Origin: Phreatobacter sp.
Lineage (GTDB): Bacteria; Pseudomonadota; Alphaproteobacteria; Rhizobiales; Phreatobacteraceae
Length of the DNA stretch: 64,000 nucleotides
NCBI RefSeq assembly: GCF_030691135.1
Contig: NZ_JAUYFA010000058.1
Coordinates: forward strand, 1,620-65,619
Direction: 5' to 3'
The notes beneath the pieces were generated by a model. The model was given only the letters and a program-made list of their open reading frames with translations. It searched no databases and was not told the origin of the DNA. Shown piece after piece: positions 8,332 through 17,000 of the stretch (positions are counted from its first letter, which is position 1; each line of letters starts with the position of its first letter). The position numbers were made by a program, and so were the translations under genes.

Positions 8332-9116
8332 GCGACGTCGTCGTCAGGGGCGTTTCGCGCACCTTCCCCTCGGTGCGTGGCGGCGAGCCCGTCCAGGCGC
8401 TGTCACCGGTCGATCTCACGGTCGGGGAGGGCGATTTCGTCGCCATTCTCGGCCCCTCGGGCTGCGGCAAGTCGACCCTTCTGCGGATCGTCGCCGGTCT
8501 CGACCGGCCGACCACGGGAACCGTCACCCTCGACGGCAGGCCCGTTGCCGGCCCGGGCGCCGATCGCGGCATGGTGTTCCAGAGCTACACGCTCTTTCCC
8601 TGGCTGACAGTTGTCGAGAACATCGAGTTCGGCCCGCGCGAGCGCGGTGTGGCGGCGGCCGAGCGCCGCGCCACCGCCGAGAAGCTGATGGCGCAGGTGG
8701 GCCTCACCCAATTCGCCAACCACTATCCCAAGCAGCTCTCGGGGGGCATGCAGCAGCGCACCGCGCTCGCCCGGGCACTGGCCAATGATCCCAAGGTGCT
8801 GCTGCTCGACGAACCCTTCGGTGCGCTCGACCACCAGACCCGTTCGCTGATGCAGGAACTGCTGCTGTCGATCTGGGAGACGCACCGCAAGACCGTGCTC
8901 TTCGTCACCCACGACATCGAGGAAGCGGTGTTCATGGCCAACCGCGTGCTGGTGATGAGCGCCAGGCCCGGCCGCTTCAAGAGCGAGGTCCCGATACCCT
9001 TTGCTCACCCGCGGTCCTACAAGCTGAAGACCACGCCGGAGTTCGGCCGGCTGGAAGAACAGCTCACCGAGGATATCCGCGGCGAGACGATCATCGCCGT
9101 GCAGGCCGGGTTCTGA
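8328..9116 (+). CDS. ABC transporter ATP-binding protein (NitT/TauT family)
   Basis: ATGA overlap with the permease. Walker A GPSGCGKST, signature LSGGMQQR and Walker B LLLDEPF are present. Confidence 0.9.
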   Translation: MSDVVVRGVSRTFPSVRGGEPVQALSPVDLTVGEGDFVAILGPSGCGKSTLLRIVAGLDRPTTGTVTLDGRPVAGPGADRGMVFQSYTLFPWLTVVENIEFGPRERGVAAAERRATAEKLMAQVGLTQFANHYPKQLSGGMQQRTALARALANDPKVLLLDEPFGALDHQTRSLMQELLLSIWETHRKTVLFVTHDIEEAVFMANRVLVMSARPGRFKSEVPIPFAHPRSYKLKTTPEFGRLEEQLTEDIRGETIIAVQAGF

Positions 9117-9132
9117 GCGGCGGCGGTCGGCC

Positions 9133-9150
9133 GCGCCGGTCTCCCGGCGC
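9133..9150. terminator. GC hairpin between convergent genes (weak terminator candidate)
   Basis: GCGCCGG-TCTC-CCGGCGC is a perfect 7-bp stem lying between the ABC ATPase stop and the cynS stop. There is no U-tract. Confidence 0.3.
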
Positions 9151-9169
9151 CGCCGTCGCAACGGGCCGG

Positions 9170-9658
9170 TCAGGCCTCCTTGAATCCGTAGTCGGGAACG
9201 CCCTGCTCGTTGCCGTAATATTTGAACGGCAGGAACTTGCCGGACATGGAAATCTTCACCCGGTCGCCCTTCGGGTTCGGCTCGCGCTCGAACTCCATGT
9301 TGAAGTCGATGGCGGACATGATGCCGTCGCCGAACTCCTCCTCGATGATCGCCTTCCAGGCCGGGCCGTTGACCAGCACCAGCTCGTAGAAGCGGTAGAT
9401 CAGCGGATCGGTCGGCGGCATCGACGTGCCGGTGCCGCGATAGGGCACCTCGTTCAGCATCCGCTCCTCCATCGGCGTCAGGCCGAAGAGAGCGGCCGCC
9501 TTGGCGGCGAGCGGCTTGACCAGCTTGTGCTGGCCGAGCAGGGCGCCGATCACGAGCACCGGCGACATGCCGCCGATCTCGTCGGTGATGTGCTTCCAGG
9601 TCCAACCCTTCTCGCGCTTGATGTCGAGAATCTTTTCCGTGAGCTCTTCGCGGATCAT
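9170..9658 (-). CDS. cynS: cyanate hydratase (cyanase)
   Basis: 162 aa. The N-terminal HTH-like part (LTEKILDIKREKGWTWKHI) and C-terminal part (PPTDPLIYRFYELV...GDGIMSAIDF...GDRVKI...GKFLPFKYY) are the unmistakable cyanase pattern. Confidence 0.93.
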   Translation of the reverse strand: MIREELTEKILDIKREKGWTWKHITDEIGGMSPVLVIGALLGQHKLVKPLAAKAAALFGLTPMEERMLNEVPYRGTGTSMPPTDPLIYRFYELVLVNGPAWKAIIEEEFGDGIMSAIDFNMEFEREPNPKGDRVKISMSGKFLPFKYYGNEQGVPDYGFKEA

Positions 9659-9699
9659 GTCCGTCTCCTTGGGTATAACGGGGCAGGGGGTGGCGAGTG

Positions 9700-10596
9700 T
9701 CAGACGGCCCGGACCAGCGGGGGCGCGGCGTCGGGCGCACCCGGCGTGACGATCGGCGGGGCGCGGCGGTTCCAGACCCTGCCGGGCTGCGCGAGTTCCT
9801 CGGTGAAGCTCCTGGAGCGCGCCACGAGGAAGTCGATGATGTGATTGCGCACGGGGTAATAGGCCGGATGCTTGTGGACTTCGTTGCGTGAGCGATCAGC
9901 CGGCAAAGGATTTGCGACGATCTCGGCGATCCGGGCGTCCGGTCCATTGGTCATCAGCACGATCTTGTCGGCGAGATAGATGGCCTCGTCGACGTCGTGG
10001 GTGATCATGAACACGGTCTGGCCGGTATTGCGGCAGATGCCGCGCACCTCGTCCTGCAGCGTGCCGCGGGTGAGCGCGTCGAGGGCCGAGAAGGGCTCGT
10101 CCATCAGCATGATCTTCGGCTCGATCGACAGCGCCCGGGCGATGCCGACGCGCTGCTTCATGCCCCCAGAAAGCTGAGCCGGCTTCTTCATCTCGGCGCC
10201 CGTCAGACCGACGGTCGCAATCGCCTTGCGCGCATGCTCCTCGACCCTGGCCTTCGGCCAGTCACGCCATTTCGAGGAGACCGCATAGCTGACATTGCCG
10301 AGCACCGTCCGCCAGGGCAGGAGGCCGTGGCTCTGGAAGATGACGGCGCGGTCGAGGCTCGGGCCCTCGATCGCCTTGCCGTCGATGATGACTGCCCCCT
10401 CGCTCGTCTCGTCGAGCCCTGCGAGGATGTTGAGCACCGTCGTCTTGCCGCAGCCGGAATGGCCGATGACGCAGACGAACTCGCCGCGCTCCATGGCGAA
10501 CCAGAGGTCCTCGAAAATGGTGGTGCGACCGCCCTCGGGGGCGGGGAAACGGCGGGCGATGCCCTCGATGGAGATGTAGGAACGGGCCATCCGCAT
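9700..10596 (-). CDS. nitrate/cyanate-type ABC transporter ATP-binding protein (CynD/NrtD-like)
   Basis: Walker A GHSGCGKTT, signature LSGGMKQR and Walker B MLMDEPF are present. The start is set at ATG 10596, which forms an ATGA overlap with the permease stop. The longer ORF to 10713 would overlap the permease. Confidence 0.85.
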   Translation of the reverse strand: MRMARSYISIEGIARRFPAPEGGRTTIFEDLWFAMERGEFVCVIGHSGCGKTTVLNILAGLDETSEGAVIIDGKAIEGPSLDRAVIFQSHGLLPWRTVLGNVSYAVSSKWRDWPKARVEEHARKAIATVGLTGAEMKKPAQLSGGMKQRVGIARALSIEPKIMLMDEPFSALDALTRGTLQDEVRGICRNTGQTVFMITHDVDEAIYLADKIVLMTNGPDARIAEIVANPLPADRSRNEVHKHPAYYPVRNHIIDFLVARSRSFTEELAQPGRVWNRRAPPIVTPGAPDAAPPLVRAV

Positions 10597-11444
10597 CACT
10601 CCGGATAGGTCACGAGGCGGGTGAGGCGGGCGAGGATCTGGTCCAGCACCATGCCGACGAGGCCGATCAGCAGGATGGCCGTGATGATGTCGGTGAGCGA
10701 CAGGTTGTTCCACTGGTTCCAGACGAAGTAGCCGATGCCGGTACCGCCGACGAGCATTTCGGCTGCGACGATGACCAGCCAGGCGATGCCGACGGAAATG
10801 CGCATTCCCGTCAGAATGGTCGGCGCGGCGGCCGGCAGGATCACGGTGAAGGCCTTTCGCACCGGCCCGACCTCGAGGGTGCGCGCCACGTTCAGCCAGT
10901 CCTTGCGCACCGACGCGACCCCGAAGGCCGTGTTGATCAGCATCGGCCAGAGCGAGCAGATGAAGATGACGAAGATCGAGGAGAGCGAGGAATCCTTGAT
11001 CGTGTAGAGCGCGAGAGGCATCCAGGCGAGCGGCGAGATCGGCTTCATTACCTGGATGAAGGGGTCGAGAGCGCGATAGATGAGCGGCGACATCCCGATC
11101 AGGAAGCCGAGCGGCACGGCGACCGCCACGGCGATGCCGAAGCCGATGAGCACGCGGACCAGCGAATAGGCGAGCTGGATGCCGATGCCCATGTCGTTGG
11201 TGCCGCGGACGTAGAACGGGTCGGACAGGTGTTTCCAGATTGCCTTGCCGACGTCGATGGGTCCCGGCATCGGCGTCTGGCCGCCAGTGGCCGCCGCCGC
11301 TCCCACGAGCTTGGCGTATTCCGGATCGACCACCTGGCCGCCGCCGCCGCCGCCCGAGCCCACGGCGACGTGCCAGGCCGCCAGGAATATCGCGAGGATG
11401 ACGAGGGAGAGGACGAACGCCCTCGCACCGATCGAGCGGGTCAT
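10596..11444 (-). CDS. nitrate/cyanate-type ABC transporter permease (CynB/NrtB-like)
   Basis: Multi-pass membrane protein with a BPD_transp_1 core (DWLNVARTLEVGPVRKAFTVILPAAAPTILTG). Contains a (GGC)6-encoded Gly6 run. Confidence 0.85.
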   Translation of the reverse strand: MTRSIGARAFVLSLVILAIFLAAWHVAVGSGGGGGGQVVDPEYAKLVGAAAATGGQTPMPGPIDVGKAIWKHLSDPFYVRGTNDMGIGIQLAYSLVRVLIGFGIAVAVAVPLGFLIGMSPLIYRALDPFIQVMKPISPLAWMPLALYTIKDSSLSSIFVIFICSLWPMLINTAFGVASVRKDWLNVARTLEVGPVRKAFTVILPAAAPTILTGMRISVGIAWLVIVAAEMLVGGTGIGYFVWNQWNNLSLTDIITAILLIGLVGMVLDQILARLTRLVTYPE

Positions 11445-11469
11445 GGCCGGGCCTCCTGCATGGCGGGTG

Positions 11470-11934
11470 TCACAATCCGAGCTCCGTCAGGCCGGGGGCA
11501 TCGGCGGGGCGTATGCCGAGCGGCCAGGTGAACCTGCGATCGGCCTCGCCGATCGGCACGTCGTTGATGCTGGCCTCGCGCCGCTCCATGAAGCCCGCGG
11601 CGTCGAACTGCCACTGTTCGTTGCCGCAGGAGCGGAACCAGGCCCCGGAAGCATCGTGCCATTCGTACTGGAAGCGCACGGCGATCCGGTTCTCGTGGAA
11701 GGCCCAGAGCTCCTTGATCAGGCGATAGTCCATCTCCTTCGCCCATTTGGCGACGAGGAAGGATCGGATCGCCGGACGGCCCGTGAAGAACTCGGACCGG
11801 TTCCGCCAGGTGCTGTCCTCGGTATAGGCGAGCGCCACCCGTTCGGGATCGCGGGTGTTCCACGCGTCCTCGGCGGCGCGCACCTTCTGGTGCGCCGTTT
11901 CCAGCGTGAAAGGCGGAACGGGAGGCCGGGTCAT
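11470..11934 (-). CDS. DUF1348 / NTF2-like (SnoaL-like fold) protein
   Basis: 154 aa. [47 protein letters not shown]...[11 protein letters not shown] matches my memory of DUF1348 proteins. It lies 23 nt after cynA and 25 nt before cynB. Confidence 0.7.
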   Translation of the reverse strand: MTRPPVPPFTLETAHQKVRAAEDAWNTRDPERVALAYTEDSTWRNRSEFFTGRPAIRSFLVAKWAKEMDYRLIKELWAFHENRIAVRFQYEWHDASGAWFRSCGNEQWQFDAAGFMERREASINDVPIGEADRRFTWPLGIRPADAPGLTELGL

Positions 11935-11957
11935 CGGGGTGGGTCCTGGCGTGCCTG

Positions 11958-13337
11958 TCAGCGCCTGATGGCGAAGGAGGCGATGTACTCCTCGGGCTTC
12001 GCCGGATCGAAGGGCTTGCCCATGACCGAGAAGGTCTTGCTGGTCGTCTCGGGCGGGGTCAGGCCGAGTTCCCTCATCATTGCCGCCGCGTCGGTGGCCA
12101 GGAACACCTGCCGGGTTATGCCGTTGTAGTCGACATCGCCGCGGATCTGGCCCCAGCGCTTCATCTGGGTGAGGATCCACACCGAGAAGCTCTCCCACGG
12201 GAAGGGATCGAACTGGATGCGGTTCGGGTCGCGTTTCACCTGGCCGAGGCCATCGGCATAGGTGCCGGTGAGGATCTGCTCCAGCACCGTGACCGGCTGG
12301 TTGAGATAGTTAGGTGCGGCGATGGCCGTGGCGATCTCCCTGCGGTTCTCCGCCTTCTGCGCATGGGCGGTGGCGTCGATGATCGCCTTCAGAAGGGCAC
12401 GGTAGGTGTTCGGCAGGGTAGTGACGAATTCGCGGCTGGCCGCGAAGGCGCAGCAGGGATGGCCGTCCCACAGTTCCTTCGACAGCAGGTGGATGAAGCC
12501 GACGCCGTCGAAGACCGCGCGCTGGTTGAACGGATCCGGGCCGAGGAAGCCGTCGATATTGTCGGCGCGCAGGTTGGCGACCATTTCCGGCGGCGGCACC
12601 GAGCGGATCTGCACGTCGCGATCGGGGTCCAGGCCGGCCTCGGCGAGGTAGTAGCGCAAGAGGTAGTTGTGGATCGAGAAGTCGAAGGGCACGGCGAAGC
12701 GGAAGCCCTTCCAGTCCTTTGGGTCGCGCTTGTCCTTGTGCTTGTTGGCGAGGGTGATGGCCTGGCCGTTGATGTTCTCGATGGCCGAGACCGAATAAGG
12801 GATCGGGTTGGAGCCGACGCCCATGGTGATGGCGAGCGGCATCGGCGCCAGCATGTGGGCGGCGTCATATTCCTTGTTGATGGTCTTGTCGCGGATGACG
12901 GCCCAGCCGGCCGTGCGCACCACCTCCACGTTCAGACCGTGCTTCGAATAGAATCCGAGCGGATGGGCCATGATGATGGGCGTCGCGCAGGTGATCGGGA
13001 TGAAGCCGACCTTGAGGTCTTTCTTCTCGATCGGACCGGTCTGGGCGAGGGCCTCGGTCGCCGCGCCGATGGGGAAGAAGGTTGCAATGGCGGCGGCCGC
13101 CGTCGTGGCACCCACCGCTTTCAGGAAGGCACGGCGCTGGTGATCCTGCGGAAACAGCGCCCGCATCACCGCCTGCTCGACGATGCGGCGATAGCGGCTT
13201 TCCTCGCCGGCCGCCTCGACGGCGACCGCCTCGGCCTTAATCTCGGCCTCATGCTCGGTATCGGAGGCGTGGCGCCCGCAGACGCAGCCCTTGAGGAACT
13301 TTTTCGCGGCATTGAAGGGATTGTCGAACAGAGCCAT
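11958..13337 (-). CDS. CmpA/NrtA-family ABC substrate-binding protein (cyanate/nitrate type), Tat signal with long N-terminal extension
   Basis: Twin-arginine motif [17 protein letters not shown]. The body ([25 protein letters not shown]) is typical of NrtA/CmpA/CynA. ATG 13337 has GAGGACG upstream, and the 57 codons before the Tat motif have mostly G/C third positions. Confidence 0.85.
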   Translation of the reverse strand: MALFDNPFNAAKKFLKGCVCGRHASDTEHEAEIKAEAVAVEAAGEESRYRRIVEQAVMRALFPQDHQRRAFLKAVGATTAAAAIATFFPIGAATEALAQTGPIEKKDLKVGFIPITCATPIIMAHPLGFYSKHGLNVEVVRTAGWAVIRDKTINKEYDAAHMLAPMPLAITMGVGSNPIPYSVSAIENINGQAITLANKHKDKRDPKDWKGFRFAVPFDFSIHNYLLRYYLAEAGLDPDRDVQIRSVPPPEMVANLRADNIDGFLGPDPFNQRAVFDGVGFIHLLSKELWDGHPCCAFAASREFVTTLPNTYRALLKAIIDATAHAQKAENRREIATAIAAPNYLNQPVTVLEQILTGTYADGLGQVKRDPNRIQFDPFPWESFSVWILTQMKRWGQIRGDVDYNGITRQVFLATDAAAMMRELGLTPPETTSKTFSVMGKPFDPAKPEEYIASFAIRR

Positions 13338-13391
13338 GGGTCGTCCTCAGGGTTCCGGCGTTCGGCGCCTCGGCTTCACTGAGACTGGTCA

Positions 13392-13408
13392 AGCAAGGTT
13401 GGGGCCAG
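13392..13408 (-). promoter_or_regulatory. sigma-54 (-24/-12) promoter for the cyn operon
   Basis: The minus strand reads CTGGCCCCAACCTTGCT, that is TGGCCC-N5-TTGC with canonical GG-N10-GC spacing. It sits 55-70 nt upstream of ATG 13337, and a GAFTGA-type EBP gene is divergent. Confidence 0.7.
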
Positions 13409-13454
13409 TGCGCGGGCCCGTGAGAAAGCGGACAAAATGGCGGATACCCGCCGG

Positions 13455-13520
13455 TTCGCGTGACAACGAAAATTCGTGATTGACGAAAGATCGGGATCAA
13501 GAGCACGAATAGTCGTGAAA
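13455..13520. promoter_or_regulatory. candidate upstream activator sites (TCGTGA/CACGA repeats)
   Basis: Short inverted repeats TTCGT-N5-ACGAA (13473-13487) and CACGA-N4-TCGTG (13504-13517), plus TTCGCGTGA (13455-). They lie 50-115 nt upstream of the -24 element in the divergent intergenic region. Confidence 0.35.
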
Positions 13521-13534
13521 TTGGAGACCCGCGC

Positions 13535-15472
13535 ATGGCCAGTGCCGCATCGTCATCCGCCGCACCGTCCCTTGCCGCGGGGTCGTCCTTCGGGCCGGCC
13601 TTCGACAGCCTGTCCGATGTGGCCGTCGTGGTCGACCCGCGGTCGGGGGCGATCCGCGACGCCAATCCCGCAGCGCAGCATCTGCTCGGCTATCCGGTGG
13701 CGGTGCTGCGGACGCTGAAGATCACCGATCTCCACCGGGGCCAGCGTCCGGCGCTCGTCGTCTTCACCGAGGAGGTCCTGCACCGCGGCCGGGCCTTCAC
13801 CCGCAGCCTGACCCCGCTGAAGGCCGGCGGCGGCGAGTTGCGGCTCGAATATGCCGGCACCGTGCTGCCGGCGGCCGATGGCCCGCTCGTTCTCCTCACC
13901 ATGGCGGATCTGGCGGCGCGCCATCGCCGCGACGTCGACGCCGATGCCGACGGCACGCTGCGCCAGGGGATCGACGAGTGGAAACGGGTCGAGCGGCTCT
14001 TCCACACGATCGAGAAGGAGAACCAGCTCATCCTCAAGGCAGCCGGCGAGGGCATCTATGGCGTCAACGCCGACGGCAAGACCACCTTCGTCAATCCGGC
14101 AGCGGAGGCGCTGCTCGGCTGGACGGCCGAGGAACTGGTCGGCAAGGACATGCACTCCCTGGTGCACCATCACCGCGCCGACGGCACGCCCTATCCCAAC
14201 CACGACTGCCCGATCTATGCCGCCTTCCGCAACGGCGCCGTCCAGACCGTGGCGGGCGAGGTGTTCTGGCGCAAGGACGGCACGCCGCTCTGGGTGGAAT
14301 ATACCTCGACACCGATCCGCGAGCGCGGCGCCATCATCGGCGCCGTCATCGTCTTTCGCGACGTCAGCCGTCGCCGCGAGGCCGAGGAGAAGCTGCGGCA
14401 GGCGCTCGCCGAGGTCGATACGCTGCGCCAGCGGCTGGAGCGGGAGAACGCCTATCTGCAGGAGGAAATCCGCATCGAGAGCAACCACCGCGGCATCATC
14501 GGCCGCTCGGCGGCGATCCAGAAGACGCTGCGCCAGATCGACCTCGTCGCCCCGACCGACGCCACGGTCCTGGTCACTGGCGAATCCGGCACCGGCAAGG
14601 AACTGATCGGCCGCGCCATCCACGAGGCGAGCGCGCGCCGGGACCGGCCGCTGATCCGCGTCAACTGCGCAGCCATTCCGCGCGAACTCTTCGAGAGCGA
14701 ATTCTTCGGCCATGTCAGGGGCGCCTTCACCGGCGCCCTGCGCGACCGCCTCGGCCGCTTCGAACTCGCCGACGGCGGCACGCTCTTCCTCGACGAGGTC
14801 GGCGAGATCCCGCTGGAGCTGCAAGGCAAGCTCCTGCGCATCCTGCAGGAAGGCCAGTTCGAACGCGTCGGCGAGGAGCGCACCCGTAGTGTCGACGTCC
14901 GCGTCATCGCCGCGACCAACCGCGACCTCAGGGCCGATGTGAGGGCAGGGCGCTTCCGCGAGGATCTTTATTTCCGCCTCGACGTCTTTCCCATCCATTC
15001 CGTGCCGCTGCGCGAGCGGGTTGACGACGTCGCGTCGCTGGCGCTGCATTTCCTCCGCCACGCCGAGCGCAAGCTGAAGACTTCCGGGCTCGGCCTGTCG
15101 GAGGCTGACGTTCGCCGCCTCGCCGGCTATGCCTGGCCGGGCAATGTGCGTGAATTGCAGAACGTCATCGAAAGGGCAGCCATCCTCGCCCGCAACGGCC
15201 GCCTGATGATCGACCTGCCGGGTTCGTCGATCCGCCTACCGGTGCCCGGGCCCCTCGCGCCGGCCGGCCCTGGCGTTCTGACCGAGGAGAATCGCCGGGC
15301 CCGCGACCGTCACAACCTCGTCGCCGCCCTGGAACTGGCGGGAGGCAAGGTATCCGGTCCGGGCGGCGCGGCGGAGCGTCTTGGCCTCCGCCCGACCACC
15401 TTCGCCTCGCGGCTCAAGGTTCACGGCCTCGATGCCCGCACCTATCGGGACGGGTCCCGTCCGACCCGCTGA
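13535..15472 (+). CDS. sigma-54-dependent transcriptional activator, PAS-PAS-AAA+-HTH (CynF-like)
   Basis: Two PAS-like N-terminal modules are followed by Walker A GESGTGKE, the GAFTGA loop ([11 protein letters not shown]), Walker [10 protein letters not shown] and a C-terminal Fis-type HTH ([17 protein letters not shown]). Confidence 0.9.
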   Translation: MASAASSSAAPSLAAGSSFGPAFDSLSDVAVVVDPRSGAIRDANPAAQHLLGYPVAVLRTLKITDLHRGQRPALVVFTEEVLHRGRAFTRSLTPLKAGGGELRLEYAGTVLPAADGPLVLLTMADLAARHRRDVDADADGTLRQGIDEWKRVERLFHTIEKENQLILKAAGEGIYGVNADGKTTFVNPAAEALLGWTAEELVGKDMHSLVHHHRADGTPYPNHDCPIYAAFRNGAVQTVAGEVFWRKDGTPLWVEYTSTPIRERGAIIGAVIVFRDVSRRREAEEKLRQALAEVDTLRQRLERENAYLQEEIRIESNHRGIIGRSAAIQKTLRQIDLVAPTDATVLVTGESGTGKELIGRAIHEASARRDRPLIRVNCAAIPRELFESEFFGHVRGAFTGALRDRLGRFELADGGTLFLDEVGEIPLELQGKLLRILQEGQFERVGEERTRSVDVRVIAATNRDLRADVRAGRFREDLYFRLDVFPIHSVPLRERVDDVASLALHFLRHAERKLKTSGLGLSEADVRRLAGYAWPGNVRELQNVIERAAILARNGRLMIDLPGSSIRLPVPGPLAPAGPGVLTEENRRARDRHNLVAALELAGGKVSGPGGAAERLGLRPTTFASRLKVHGLDARTYRDGSRPTR

Positions 15473-15840
15473 ATGACCGCCCTGCGCAAAACGTGGTGCG
15501 GCAGATTGCCGCGCGTGTCGTTCAGAGGCCGCAGGATGTCGCGCCCGCTGCCCGTTCGATGGGCATGTGGTCTCCGTTGATCCCGGCAGGGAACCCAGAT
15601 GCGGCGACCATCAGGCCGGCTGCTGACCGGCCTCTGCCACGCAATACGGCAAAAACGGGTCAGCCTGCGCAATCGATAAACAGCCCTGATGCAAATTGTC
15701 ACAGATATTGATGCCCCCGTTGAAAACGTAAAGGAACAATTTCAGAACTTACCAGGGCTCGCGGGCGTTCCGGGAGCGAGGTGGTTTTACCGGCGGCCGC
15801 CGCTCCGGCTGGTCCGCAGGTTTTTACAGGAGAGTAACGA

Positions 15841-16875
15841 ATGATCAGGAATTTCGTCCTGGCGGGCCTCGCGGCCGCGGCCTTCGTGTTCGGCCCGACG
15901 GCCGCAGAAGCCGGCCGTGACCTCGACGCCATCAAGGCCCGCGGTACGCTCCGCTGCGGCGTGCAGGGCCCGTCCAACCCCGGCTTCGGTGTGCCGAACG
16001 CCCAGGGCGTCTGGGGCGGCTTCAACGTCGAGGTCTGCCGTGCCATCGCCATCGCCATCTTCAACGACCCGTCCAAGGTCGAGTTCGTGCCGGTGACGAC
16101 GCAGTCGCGCTTCCCGGCCCTGACCAACGGCGAAGTCGACGTCCTGTCGAGCAACACGACCTGGACCCTGACCCGCGACACCGGTGTCAACCGCTTCAAC
16201 TTCCCGGCCATCGTCTTCTATGACGGCCAGGCCATCATGGTTCCGCGGCGCCTGAACGTCACCTCGGCCCGCGGGCTGAATGGTGCCACCGTCTGCGTCC
16301 AGCCGGGCACCACGACCGAACTGAACCTCGCGGACTTCTTCCGCCAGCACAACATGACGTTCCGTCCCGTCGTCATCGAGGCGCTGGACGAACTGCGCCG
16401 CGCCTATGACCAGGGCCGCTGCGACATCTTCACCAACGACTTCGCCGCGCTCGCCGCGCAGCGCACGCTGCTCAGCAACCCGCGCGACCACGTGATCCTG
16501 CCGGAGCGTATCTCGAAGGAGCCCCTCGCCCCGACCATCCGTCAGGGCGACGAAGAGTTCACCAACATCGTCGCCTGGACGGTCTTCGCCCTGATCGACG
16601 CCGAGGAATTCGGCATCACCCAGGCCAATGTCGACCAGATCGCTGGTTCTGCCACCGATCCGCGCATCCGTCGCCTGCTTGGCGTCGAGCCCGGCATGGG
16701 CACGGCGATCGGCGCGGCCAACGACCAGTATGCCCGCACCATCATCAAGGCCTTCGGCAATTACGGCGAGATGTTCGAGCGTCACCTCGGCGTCAACACG
16801 CCGCTCGGCCTGGAGCGCGGTCACAACAACATCTGGACCAAGGGCGGCCTGCTTTACGCCCCGCCGGCCCGTTGA
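15841..16875 (+). CDS. aapJ: general L-amino-acid ABC transporter substrate-binding protein
   Basis: Has a signal peptide. RGTLRCGV...GFGVPNAQGVWGGFNVEVCRAIA and TWTLTRD match AapJ/BztA-type binding proteins. SD AGGAGAG precedes the ATG. Confidence 0.85.
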   Translation: MIRNFVLAGLAAAAFVFGPTAAEAGRDLDAIKARGTLRCGVQGPSNPGFGVPNAQGVWGGFNVEVCRAIAIAIFNDPSKVEFVPVTTQSRFPALTNGEVDVLSSNTTWTLTRDTGVNRFNFPAIVFYDGQAIMVPRRLNVTSARGLNGATVCVQPGTTTELNLADFFRQHNMTFRPVVIEALDELRRAYDQGRCDIFTNDFAALAAQRTLLSNPRDHVILPERISKEPLAPTIRQGDEEFTNIVAWTVFALIDAEEFGITQANVDQIAGSATDPRIRRLLGVEPGMGTAIGAANDQYARTIIKAFGNYGEMFERHLGVNTPLGLERGHNNIWTKGGLLYAPPAR

Positions 16876-16910
16876 CCGGCCATAATGCCGAACTCCGGCT
16901 GTCATGACCA

Positions 16911-16942
16911 ACCGGGGCGCGCGAGCGCCCCGGTTCCTCTTT
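16911..16942 (+). terminator. intra-operon stem-loop / attenuator between aapJ and aapQ
   Basis: ACCGGGGCGC-GCGA-GCGCCCCGGT forms a 10-bp perfect stem followed by TCCTCTTT. Confidence 0.6.
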
Positions 16943-17000
16943 GCCGGGCATGCTTCTTGCGTGCCTTCTTCCGTGCCACCGGCACCCTGGAAGCCTTGAC

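Noticed and set aside
9700-10713. The longer version of the cynD-like ORF, with a His-rich leader (HRHHHGHP).
   Set aside because: It would overlap the permease gene by 117 nt. ATG 10596 gives the classic ATGA stop/start coupling and a normal ATPase N-terminus.
11337-11354. A (GCC)6 trinucleotide run inside the cynB-like permease gene (Gly6 in the protein), considered as a slippage-prone contingency locus.
   Set aside because: It has only six units, is in frame and encodes a periplasmic-loop Gly run. This is too short and too ordinary in GC-rich genomes to claim phase variation.
13553-15061. Very long antisense or alternate-frame ORFs throughout the track. Examples are 1533-2930 (-), 3560-4780 (-), 5010-6263 (-), 8403-9947 (-), 13553-15061 (-), 19664-21517 (+), 24283-25746 (+), 44744-46411 (-), 58476-60230 (+) and 60448-61833 (-).
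   Set aside because: They lie opposite or out of frame to genes with clear family motifs. Their translations are Arg/Gly/Ala/Pro/Asp-rich, low-information strings typical of high-GC artefacts, and they lack recognisable domains. I could not compute GC3, so this is a judgement by eye.
15494-15509. TGGTGCGGCAGATTGC downstream of the EBP gene and upstream of aapJ, considered as a sigma-54 promoter.
   Set aside because: GG-to-GC spacing is one nt too long and the -24 element is TGGTGC. It is also more than 330 nt from the aapJ start.
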